Assembly: GCA_028534125.1 (NCBI GenBank)
Contig: CM052816.1
Span: 38,504,001-38,568,000 of the forward strand
Direction of reading: 5' to 3'
DNA length: 64,000 nt
Origin: Lama glama
Taxonomy: Eukaryota
Below the pieces are notes generated by a model. It was not told where the DNA came from, made no database searches, and saw nothing but the letters and a program-made list of their open reading frames with translations. This document shows positions 52,890-64,000 of the stretch, one piece after another; the first letter of the stretch is position 1, and each line of letters starts with the position of its first letter. The translations under genes were made by a program, and so were the position numbers.

Positions 52890-53728
52890 TAAGGGGGTAT
52901 TACTGTGAAAGAGAAAATGAATACGCCGAGGGGAATAAAGCAAAACAACAAGCAAATGTTAGGGTTTACAGCATAGATTTGTATTTGAAAAAAGAAAAAG
53001 GTAAAGAGAAACGGTTCTGTTCTTAGAAAATCATTGACCCCCTTACCCTCCCACATATGCTCTAATTAGCTCAATAGCAGTCTTTATCTCATCCAAAGCC
53101 TTCAACCTTGAAAAAGCACTCATCTCTATGCAAAGCAATTAGGAAAAAAGTGTGCCCTGCACAAAGTACATTCTCAATAATGATGCTTTGACCATCCAGA
53201 ACAACATGGAAAGGAGACAGGCATTAATGAGTCAGGTCTGCTGGAAGTAAAATACATTTTAGAAATAAAAGACTTTGGTAGAAAGGGCACAATTCCATCT
53301 CTGAAGGTCACGAAGTCCTTCACATTCATATCATTTCTGGATATTGTATGCTGAAATTAGAATAGTCCTCCTAAGCTTGATCAGCATCTGCTGAACCAGG
53401 TCAGCAAAATGAAACCAATTTTAACCCAATTTGAAATTCTAATTATTTCAAAACGGTCACTACTTCTGGAGAAATTATTACAGCAGCATATACTTGTTTA
53501 ATATGTCCATTTAATTTTGTTTCTTGCTCTCAAGCATATGAACAATGCTGAGGCAATTTACCAAGAAACAGTAAAAAAAATTCCAATTCCTCCAAAACAA
53601 TAACAATAAAGCTAGACTACAAGTATCTGTAATAAACTTAGATTCCCAACCCAAGGCTTAGTCCTGTGATTTATTTTAAATTCTATAATCCTAAACCATA
53701 GTTTAAATTGAAATTTCTAGACACACAC

Positions 53729-54228
53729 TGTAGTATTTTCCCAAAATGTCCACGTTAAGATTTCTGGTTCCACATGCTTTCCCAGACCCTTGTCACTCTT
53801 CCACCAAGAGGTGTGGTTTATTTCCTCTCCCGTTGACATTAAGAAAGATACTATGATTACCTTGACAAACATAATACAAGAAGAGATGCCGTGTGACTTC
53901 TGAGACTAGGTCAAAAAAGGCAATTTAGATTTTGCTGGCTTTCCCTCTTTTCTGGGCATGAGTCTTGGGAGCATTCTGCCAATATGTAAGATGTCCAGCT
54001 ACCCTGAAGCTTTGCCAATGACCTGGCAAGTTCACATGGAGACTACCGAGACAGAGAGAGATGCCCAGAGAAAACTTCAAATAATTCCAGCCCTGGCCTT
54101 CAAGTCTTCTAGCTGAGGCCCTGGACACTGTGGAGCACAGACAAGCCCACAGAATATGTGAACATAATAAATAATGTCTTGTGCTAAGTTTGGGGATATT
54201 TTATTACACAACTATAATAACCAGAACA
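53729..54228 (+). mobile_element. MaLR solo LTR (MLT1H/G-like)
   Basis: TG…CCAGAACA termini; gtgtgacttctgagactaggtcaaaaaaggc; ctaagtttgggg. Near 5-bp TSD CACAC/CCCAC. Confidence 0.82.
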
Positions 54229-54894
54229 CCCACGTGCAGAAATACAGAGTGAACTTGTGGAAAATGTTCCATTTACTGAATCTTACTCTCCCCTTCATTT
54301 TTATTGACGTTTAGGAATGGTGTAACACCTCTATGTCAGGATTAGATTCTTCAATGAAACAAGAGAACTTCATGTTTCATCAAATACCCAAATACAGAGA
54401 TATAATGGCTATTAAATACTTCGAATTGTCATTAAGAGAAAATGAGGTGTTAAATCTTCCCATTTGAGTTTTAAAGATCTGTCCTTTGTCCACTCTTCCT
54501 GGGACACCCTCATTTCCACCACCCCGCCAAACACACACATTATTTCTAATATGGCCAAGGGATAAAACAAATAACAAGCCAGATATGTCTCTTATTTTTC
54601 ATCTCTCACTTCCTACATTCCAGCATCTTGTCCCTGAGAATCAAAGTCCAAGCAACAGAAATTACTGACTTGAGGGGGCTGTCAGAGGAAATTGCTAACC
54701 TTCAATAAAAAATCTCTACCTAGAGAGAAAGATAATTTTTACTGAAATATTTGCTTAGTACATAACTTTCAATTTCAATGAAACTGTTTATACATATTTG
54801 CCACCATCATCATGGTAACAGATTTCTTAGGCTCTGTTAAGCACAAAAACTTCTTTAAAGGAATTCAGGGAATAAGATGAACAATTTGTCTTTC

Positions 54895-56920
54895 ATAAAG
54901 AGAAATTAAGAAAATAATCCTATTATAACTGTAGCATCAAAAAGAGTAAAATACTTAGGAATAAACTTGTCTAAGGAGATAAAAGATCTATACACTGAAA
55001 AGTAAAAGACATTGATGAAAAAGATTAAAGAGTACACAGATAAATGAAAAGACATTCCATGCTCCTGGATCAAAAGAATTAATATTGTTAAAATGTCCAT
55101 ACTACCAAAAGTGATCTACGTATTCAATGAAATCCCTATCAAAGTCCTAATGACATTTTTCACAGAAATAGACAAAACAATCCTAAAATTTGTAAGGAAC
55201 CACAAAGGACCCCAAAGAGCTGAAGCCATCTTGCGACAGAAGAACAAAGTTGGAGATATCACACTTTCTGACTTCAAACTATATTACAAAGCTATAGTAA
55301 TCAAAATAATATAGTACTAAAACAGAACATAGACCAATTAAGCAGAATACAGAGCACAGAAACAAACCCACACATGTAATTTATAACAAAGAAGCCAAGA
55401 ATACACAATGGGGTGAGGACAGTCTTTTAAATAAATGATGTTGGGAAAATTGGATTGCCACATATAAAAGAATGATCCCTATCTTACACTATATACAGAA
55501 ATCAACTCAGAATAGATTAAAAACTTAAATGTAAAACCTGAAACTGTGAAACTCATAAAAGAAAATATAGGGGTTAGCTCCTTGGGCATTAGCCTTGGTG
55601 ATGATTTTTTAAATTTGACACCAAAAGCAAAAATAAACCAGTTGGATTGTATCAAACTAAAAAGTTTCTGCTTAGCAAAGGAAACCATCAACAAAATGAA
55701 AAAGTAATCTATGGAATGGAGAATTATTTCCAAACCACATATCTAATTTGAAGTTAATACCCAAAACATACAAGGAACTCATATAACCCAAAAGCAAAGG
55801 GGCAAATAACTCAATTAATAAATGGACAAAGAACCTGAATAGACATTTTTCCAAAGAAGACATACAAACAGCAAAGGGCACATGAAAAGGTGCTCAACAT
55901 CACTAATTATCAGGGAAACAAGTTAAAACCACAGTTCACGTAACAGGATAGCTATTATGAAAAAGACGGGAGATAAATGCTGGCAAGGAAGTGGAGAAAA
56001 GAGAACCCTGGTACACTGTTGGTGGGAATGTGAACTAGTACAGACACTATGGAAAACAATACCACTATTCCTCAAAAAGTTAAAAATAGAAATACCATTT
56101 GATCCAGTAACCCCAATTTTGGGTATACATCCAAAGGAAGTGAAAAAAAAATTTTCTCAGATCTCTCTTCTCCTATGTTTACTGTAGCATTACTCACAAT
56201 AGCCAAGGTATGGAAACCAACTAAATTTCTGTCAACAGATGAATGGAGCAAGAAAATGTGTGTGTGTATATATATACACACAATATGGAATATTATTCAG
56301 CCTTCACAAAGAAGGAAATCTAGTCATTTACAACAATATAGATGAAAATGGAGGGCATTATTTTAAGTGAAGTAAGCTAGACAGAGAAATATAAATACTG
56401 CATAGAATCACTTATATGCAGAATCTTAAAAAAAAGAAAGAAAGAAAGAAAAAAAAAGTTAGACTCTGGGTAGAAGAGTAATTGCCAGGTATTAGGGATA
56501 GGGGAAATGGGGGAAGGTTGCTAGAGGGGTACTGTTACTGGGGTACAAACTTCCAGTTATAAGATGACAGAGTCCAGGGCTAAGGTGGGGAAATAGGGGG
56601 ATACTGATGGAGAGGCATAAATTTTCAGTCATAAGATGCTAAGGGCTGAGGATCTCATATACAACCTAGTGACTATAATTGATAGCACTGTATTACATAA
56701 TTTAAATTGGATAAGAGAGTAGAAAAAAATTATCACACACAAAAAAAAGGGTAAATATGTGAGGTAGTAGCTGTGTTAACTAACCCAATGGAGGAATCTG
56801 TTCACAATTTAAACGTATATGTATATCAAATCATCATATTGTACATATTAAGTGATAATTTTGTCACATATGTCAATGAAGCTGAAAAGGATTTTTTTAA
56901 AAAAGAAAAACAAAAAAAGT
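54895..56920 (+). mobile_element. L1 (L1MA9-like), 5'-truncated: degraded ORF2 C-terminal part plus 3'UTR
   Basis: ORF fragments translate to L1 ORF2 ([17 protein letters not shown]…[12 protein letters not shown]…[28 protein letters not shown]) with stops and frameshifts. A-rich tail near 56900. Confidence 0.93.
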
Positions 56921-56959
56921 ATTTATAGAGCAGCTAGAATTTGCAATGGGAAGTTCTAG

Positions 56960-57400
56960 GCATTTGGGGGATCTGAAGAACCCCTTCAGGATTGTACAGT
57001 ACAGGAGATAAGGCCTGCCCCTTAATAAGGCAGAAAGTGACCAAATAAAGAAAAACAGATACCATTTTTCAGGTTTCAGAGGAACTGCTTCTATATGTAA
57101 AGGAATGGAGTCATGAAAGACCTCATGGATGAACAGTAATTTGAGTATTTGGGGAAGGAAATTCTATGTAGAGGATTAACATGAATAAAAGCTTAGAATT
57201 TGAAAAACATCCTTGGAATCAAGAGAGCATGAGAGAGAGAGGGGAGGGAAACAGGACTGGAAAGGTGAGTAAGGACCATACTGAAGTGGGAGATTGGAGT
57301 CCTTGAATGACAGGAAGGTGTGAATTGATCATTTAAGCAACAGGGAAGGACTGGAGTTTTGGAGTAAAGGAATGACATAGTACGGGCTGTGCTTCAGGAA
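56960..57400 (-). mobile_element. L2 fragment
   Basis: Degenerate antisense L2 text (ccttgaatgacaggaagg…ggagttttggagtaaaggaatgacatag…gctgtgcttcagga). Confidence 0.55.
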
Positions 57401-60313
57401 CAATGACGCCTTTACTTATAGAGCACTTTATCATGAAAAAGCACTCAGTGTATCTATCTCACGTCCCCATCACAGAACACTGTGAAGTATACACAGAAGG
57501 GATTATTAGAAAAACAATTCACCGAAAATCGTAATGTTTCTTGGCGGCATAAACCCGACACAGAGCCAAGCTTCTACCAAAGTGCACAGAGAGCGAGGTG
57601 CTGGGGTGTGAGAACGAGGGTAAAGAGACAAGTCAGGGAGGTTCTGAATCAATCTTGAGAAAGATGATGAGAGTGGGAACAAGATGAGACATGTCTTATT
57701 GACACAGGAAGCAAAAGCATCCAGGTGGAAGGTGTGAAACCGTATTTCTCACTGAAAAGTAGAGACTATAAAAGCTTTAAATTTTTTCCCATATGTATTT
57801 CCCTCATAAATCAATCTATAATTTTCTAGTTTATAAAAGGAGAATTTATGGACATCTTAGTAACTAAATTACCAGCATAGAAAATTAAGCTGAAAATACA
57901 TACATTCCTTTTAAAACAAGATAAAATCTTAACATTTTCTTATTTCATGAAGTTTATTTTAAAACTGGATAATGAAAATGTCATGCCCTCACACTTATAG
58001 TGGAATGACATCAAAGCCTGGGGTTACAAAGAGGTTTCAAAATATTCAAAATATTCTAACAAAAGAGTCAACATCTCCCTTATATTCACCCCAATCTCCC
58101 TAAAGTAAATGACTGCTAAACAAAAGGAGAAAGTGCTTCTTCCTTTTTCTTTCTCCTAAATCTTAAAACAATTAATAAAAGTTTCATCAGCACTTTGGAC
58201 TTTTATATATAGATCTAATTAAAAAAGCCTAGAAGTGCATGCTGAGCTAAGCCTCAAGAATTTGAAATTGCTAAAAATCAATAAGAAATTAACATGGTAA
58301 ACCATAGTTGGCCTTGAAGATCTTTACAAATTCACAAAATGCTTCCAAATTATGGCAGTTTATCCCAAAGCTCCAAAGAAACATGATAGTTTTGTCATTT
58401 TTCTGTTTCCCCATGAATAGTAATAGTAATTACTCTCCCTTCCTCCCTAGTATCTCGTCCTGTGCCTCATTACAATGGGAAAAAAATGCAGTAACTTACA
58501 AACATAAAATCACCCGAAATAGAAACAGGGACAAATGAATATATCTGAGTACCAAGAACTCTCAGGGCAGAGTAAACGCCCAAGATTTCCACATAGAAGA
58601 CTTGTGGGCCAAGTTTCAAGAGCTACATGAACAGAAAACAAACTGAAACAATTAAAATGTTGCTGCATTTTAACTGACACAGAATCATCATCTCTCCATC
58701 TTAACAACTCTGCCAAAGCAATCCTCACAAGCAAATGTCAGGAGGTACATTTCACAGTTAAATCGACAATCAGACAAGAACAGCTGCATGTGTCTGGCAC
58801 ACTGGAGAGTCCAAGAGCACTTACCAAACAGACAACCTAGAGACACGGTTTGTGAAGTAAGGACAGAACCCATGTAAATGTTCATGAGAAGACATTCTAT
58901 CAAAGTCCAGGGAGAAAGGGAAAAGAAAGTTCACTCCCAGGAATAAATGTGTTCACACTGGCACTCATGTCAGCTTCATCCTGTGACACTCAGAGCTCTC
59001 AGTGCATTCATCTTCAGTCTTTCCCAGATGTAGCTTTGTAAGTAGGAAATACCTAACACTGGATATGCTGAGTGGGCCCTTGTGCCTGTAACAAGACCAC
59101 CAACTGTACTGCAGGAAGTGCTGCAAATAATGAGCGAGAGAAGTGCCATCAGATTTTCTTCCCACATTGTAATAGCATCATAGTCACTTCATCACTAAGA
59201 TATCATTTTTTAAAAAACCTCATTGAACACTGCTGAAAATACTCTTCTGCCTACAGAAAAGTACGCTGATTGGAACTCGATTGGCTTAATCTTTTTAGTG
59301 TTTTGATCTTAAGGGTCTTTATTCATCTCAGCCTTCCCCATTAGGAAAGATATTCTTGTATGATCTCCTTTCATCAACTAATTTGCTTGACTTGAAAGTC
59401 ACTAAATCTCTGTACAAGTTCTTCTATTTTCAAGATGTTAAAAGGATTATAAAATCTATAATGCAAACTGCTGAAAAAATTTTAAAAACTTCATTTTTAA
59501 GGCTGTGGGTCATACACATTTTATTATTTTTGTATTCCCATTAACCTTCAATATATCCATCCCATTCTTTCCCAAGTACACATCAAATACTGATCTAAGC
59601 TCCTTGTGCTCAGAGTCAAATAAGAATTGCCACATTCCTCCTGTATCTTCTGTACAGGACTGTTCCTTGTTTTCACTTATACTTTGGCCTTGATACACTC
59701 TCTTGACACACTAACAATAAACATGAGCCCTTCAAAAAGAAATAAATCTGCAGAGCAACATGCCAACAACTTTGAATAGCAAAGCAAAAATTTGCCTGGT
59801 TGGAAAAAACAAAAAATAATGACACTACCAGTAATAAGAAGTAACAAGGAGTTACAGCAAGTATATTAAGATAAAATAGCCACCTGTAGTGTTTATACCC
59901 CACAGTATACCCCAGTGTAGCTTTCCCGTGTTGGCAGGACACAGATATTCGTCAATATTGATACTGTGTCACATGTCTCAGTGTTTCAAAGGAGCGTTTC
60001 CATGCAATAGTGGACAGCATAGTTCCAGCCCAGCTCTTCCTGGCCACACCCTTTTCCTCTCTCCCCTCACCTGTTTTCTCAGGTAGAAGGCGGATGGTAG
60101 CTCACCTCAAGAGCAGTTCTTGGTTATGAATGTCAAACATTAGGGAGAAAAATAAAGGTGTTGTAGATAAGTCAGATCTCATGACTTCCCAGCTAAAAAT
60201 ACTAGTGTACTCCCATAGTCCGCAGAGTGAAATATCAGCTCTCTGCAATGGCTCACAAGTCTTGAGTGGTCTGACCCCAGTGCCCCTCTGTGACCTCAGC
60301 TTTATGTAAGTAT

Positions 60314-60641
60314 CAGTCATCCATTACCCACGGGGATACGCTGACCCCTAGTGGATGCCTGAAACTGCAGACAGGACCCAACCCTACATATACACTATTT
60401 TTTTTCCTATGCTATCAGGCAGATAGCATACACAGCATGGACACACTGAACCAAGGGATGATTCCCAGCCCAGGTGGGACAGAATGGGACAATGCAAGAT
60501 TTCATCATGCTACTCAGAACCTCTCCAAATTTAAAACTTATAAAAGTTTTATTCTGGAATTTTCCATTTAATATCTGCAGAGCAAGGTTGACTGTGGGTA
60601 ACTGAAACCACAGAAAGCAAAACCACGGATAAGGAGGGCTG
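60314..60641 (-). mobile_element. MER44A/Tigger7-type MITE
   Basis: ttctggaattttccatttaata…gttgactgtgggtaactgaaaccacagaaagcaaaaccacggataagg matches the reverse complement of the MER44 5' end. Confidence 0.85.
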
Positions 60642-60769
60642 CACGCCCACTTTCTCAGTACGCTTCCGCCACACCAGCTTTCCTCCTGCGCTGCCAGCAG
60701 CCAGCAGCAAGTACTACACCAAGAACGTAGGCTACCTGAGTATAAATCCCAGCCCTGGCTCTGCCGCTT

Positions 60770-61315
60770 TGTAAGCAGCTCTTTTGTCCCTTTCCTACTT
60801 GCCTATTTCTGCTCCCCTTACACCTTCATTATTAAAAACAAGATCACTAGATAACATTTAACCTAACTCCTGACTTATGCGCTACTCAGTGCACGTAAAA
60901 CCCTGCCTAACCTGTTGATTCTTTCCCTAGATTAAAAGAAGTAGGAATGGTGAATTAAGTATAGTTAAAGAATGGCTCGCTCTCTGCAAGAGTCTCCTTA
61001 GCAATCCTGCAGGCAGACCACGTGGACGAGATGATACGTGAAGAAAGATCGTGAGGAGTCAGCCAGCCTGCATGCAATGGAGAATGACGCAGAGCTGGAC
61101 CTCCTGCCTTGATGATTCACTGAGATTCTTCCCCCTTTTCCCCTTTAAAAACTGCCATGGCTAAGCATAAGCTTTGGAGCTGGTGTGGGGAAACAAGTCC
61201 GTTCTCTCCCCAGAATGCTACCTTTCTGATTAAAGCAACTTTTCCTTTCTACCAACACTTGGCCTCTTCAGCATTGGCTTTCCAGCGGTGAGCAGCTGAT
61301 CTGAATTCGGTAACA
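60770..61315 (+). mobile_element. ERV1-class solo LTR inserted into a MIR (MIR about 60725-60769 and 61316-61500)
   Basis: TGTAAG…GGTAACA termini with near TSD GCTT/ACTT and ATTAAA at 61229. The MIR text ctctgcc(g/a)ctt|cccagctatgtga resumes after the LTR. Confidence 0.8.
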
Positions 61316-61559
61316 ACTTCCCAGCTATGTGATGTTGGCCAGCTTACCGTCTCTCTGTGCCATAAGGGAGAGTTCCTCCATTTGTAACTTTGGAACAAAA
61401 ATAGTAGCTACTTCATAAGGATGTTGACAGGATTAATACGAATATTTCTTCATAAATGACTTGGAAGTGTGTCTGACATATACTAAATGTTTTGCTGATT
61501 ACTTACCCTGCTAAGTTTGTATAATTTCTATTGCTTCTATTCGGGGTGTGACTATGCCA

Positions 61560-61835
61560 GTACTCAGCTCAAATGTCCACTCCTGAGAGCCGCTTCCCCA
61601 AACATCTCATCCAGAGAAGCAAAACCACCCACCCTGACAGGTTACACTTTCTCTCAGAGTCCTCGTTGCTCCCTGCCATTACCTCGTTCCCATACTTCTT
61701 TCCTTTCATCCTGTCTTTTCTCATTAGGATGCAAGCTCCATGAGGGCAGAAACCTTGCTTCCCTTTGAATCTCTAGCTCGTAACATAGAACTTGAACACA
61801 TATTGGGTATTTGTCTAAATATGTGTTTAATTAAT
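61560..61835 (+). mobile_element. L2 3' end
   Basis: ctcagctcaaatgtc…gcaagctccatgagggcaga…aaatatgtgtttaattaatt. Confidence 0.7.
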
Positions 61836-61844
61836 TAGTTACTG

Positions 61845-62030
61845 GGATCAGGAGATCTGGATTCCAATCTCATTATTTGGAAAGTCACTTAACTTCTCCG
61901 AGTTTCAATTACCTTATTTATAATTGAAGATAATTACAGCCTCTCTACCTTTGCCTCAGTGTGAAGCGTAAATTGGATAATCTACATGAAAGTACTACAG
62001 AAACTGCAAATATTACCCAAATATTAATTG
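61845..62030 (+). mobile_element. MIR SINE
   Basis: atcaggagatctggattccaatctc…aagtcacttaacttctccgagtttcaattacc. Confidence 0.65.
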
Positions 62031-62249
62031 TTAGTTTAAACAAGTAACTAACACAGGAGAATAATTACTAGACTAAGAGCCAAAACGTGAAATGTGACTC
62101 CTTTCAACTCCTTATTGTGAGTCTGGGAAGACGAATTCCCTGAATATCCCATTCTTCACTGCAAAATGGTGGTGATACCTTTTTATGAGAATTCTACCAC
62201 TCATCTAGACAACTGTAAATCTCATGTGTGAATATGGACAAAAAGCTGC

Positions 62250-62760
62250 ATAGAGTGGAATCAGACCAAGACAGCCTTAACTTCCCCTCAGCTTGACTAA
62301 GTAGGGTGAGTAGCGAGGGATCTCCCTGACCATACATGCCTGGTCTCCTTCTCAGTGTTTACTTTAGAAAACTTGAAATAGTAAGTACTTTCTCCACCCC
62401 TTTGCAAAATAAATCTTCTCTGAGCCTCCTGCCACCAAGAATGTCTCCCTCTAGGACCTGGGACCTATCTTTTTGAGATGTAATAGTCAAGAAATATTGT
62501 ACCCAATCTCTGAGTCTTTCTGAGAAGGTAGAAGCTGAACTTTGATAAGCAACAATTAGCAAACACAATTGGTCTAATCACACTGACCAGTGTTCTCCAG
62601 GACTTTTCTACCAAATTATCCCAATGCTAAAACTCTTCCACCTTTTGTTCTAGCACAACTGAATTCAGTCTCTCCCCTACAACAATAAGCACAATTACAA
62701 TAATCTTGAATAAAATTTTCCTTGCCAGTTTAACTTGTCTGGTGCAATTTTTCTTTGGCA
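62250..62760 (+). mobile_element. ERV1 solo LTR (MER67-like)
   Basis: cttcccctcagcttgactaa…tttactttagaaaacttg…ttgaataaaattttccttgcc…tttctttggca. 5' boundary approximate. Confidence 0.75.
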
Positions 62761-62879
62761 AATTATAGGAGGGAAGACAATGACACCTTTGAACTGGGCT
62801 GAGCTCGCTGCAACTCCATCAAGATAATTTGGATCAGACTAACAACCCTGACTATCCCCCTCAAATTTTTCTATCCTCT

Positions 62880-63855
62880 TTTTCTTAGGGACTATATTTT
62901 AGAGAAGTTTTCCATTCCTAGCAAAAATGAAAGAAAGGGAGATTTCCCATATACTCCTTGCCCCTACATATGAATAGACTGACCCATTATCAACATCTCC
63001 CAACAGAGTGGTACATTTGTTATAATCGATGAACCTATAATAAGACATCATAATCACCCAAAGCTCCATTTCTTTTAGGGTTTACACTTGGTATTGTACA
63101 TTTTATGAGTTTGGACAAATGTATAATGACATATATCCATTATTATAGTGGCATACAGAGTATTTTCAGTGCCCTAAAAATTCTCTATGCTCTGCCTATT
63201 TATCCCTCCTTCCACCATGGCCACACACCCTCAACCCTCAACCCTCAACACACACACACACAAACCCCTAGCAACTTGGGTTCTACTGTCTCTATAGTTT
63301 TGCCTTTTCCAGAATGTCATATAGTTGGAATCATGTAGTATGTAGCCTTTTCAGATTGGCTTCTTTTACTTAATAATATTCCCTTTATACTTCTCCATGT
63401 CTTTTCAGGACCTGGTAGCTCCATTCATTTTAGTGCTGAATAATTTCCCATTGTCTGAATGTACCACAGTTTATATAGCCATTCACCTACTGAGGGACTC
63501 AGAGTTGCTTGCATGTTTTGACAATTATGAATAAAGCTGCTATAACCATTTGTGTGCACGTTTTAGTGTGGATATAACTTCTCAACTGTTTCGGGAAAAT
63601 ATCAAGGAGTGCAACTGCTGGATCACATGGTAAGTGTATGATTAGTTTTGTAAGAAACTGACAGTCTTCCAAAGTGGCTTCACTTTGCAGTGAATGAGAG
63701 CCCCTGTTGCCCTACATGCTCTCCAGCGTTTGGTGTTATCAGCGTTCTGAATTTTGGGCTTCCAAATATGTGTATAGTGGTATCACACTGTAGTTTTCAT
63801 TTACATTTTCGGGTGACATATGATGTGAAGCATCTTTTCACATGCTTATGGTGCC
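62880..63855 (-). mobile_element. L1 (L1MC1-like) 3' end
   Basis: cagagtggtacatttgttataatcgatgaaccta…gccttttccagaatgtcatatagttggaatcat…tatgaataaagctgctataaacc. Confidence 0.88.
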
Positions 63856-64000
63856 ATCCTTCCTCTTCTTTTTACTTTCTCTTATCTTTTCTTTTCTATG
63901 TCAAATACATTGGAAAAGACTATTACCTTTAAGTTTCTGCCTATAATTGATGTTCACATGTAAACAATTTGATGATAGTGACTGCTTATCTAATTTGACA

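Noticed and set aside
55093..56187. ORFs resembling a reverse transcriptase protein
   Set aside because: They are broken fragments of L1 ORF2 with stops and frameshifts, not a host gene.

Overview
AT-rich, CpG-poor mammalian genomic DNA, either intergenic or a large intron. It is most likely a camelid: the young L1 3' ends resemble the camelid type as I recall it, and I see no Alu, B1/B2, Bov-A/BovB or PRE1 SINEs. I cannot support any protein-coding gene, tRNA, rRNA or CRISPR array. The listed ORFs are short chance ORFs, repeat-derived, or run through an N-gap. The window is mostly interspersed repeats: L1 of several ages, L2, MIR, MaLR/ERVL/ERV1/ERV2 solo LTRs, DNA transposon MITEs and microsatellites. 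Three things stand out. (1) About 10 LTRs or LTR pieces are packed into 39.8-48.2 kb. (2) Within that cluster is a three-layer nested insertion: a young betaretrovirus-like LTR with a 6-bp TSD, inside another LTR with a 5-bp TSD, inside an old L1. (3) A 500-N gap is flanked by an exact 158-bp overlap, so it is probably a false gap. Two minus-strand exon-like segments and a CTCF-like site are weak candidates. I found no evidence for a novel biological system. Repeat family names come from my recall of consensus sequences and need RepeatMasker/Dfam confirmation. TSDs and termini were read directly from the sequence.
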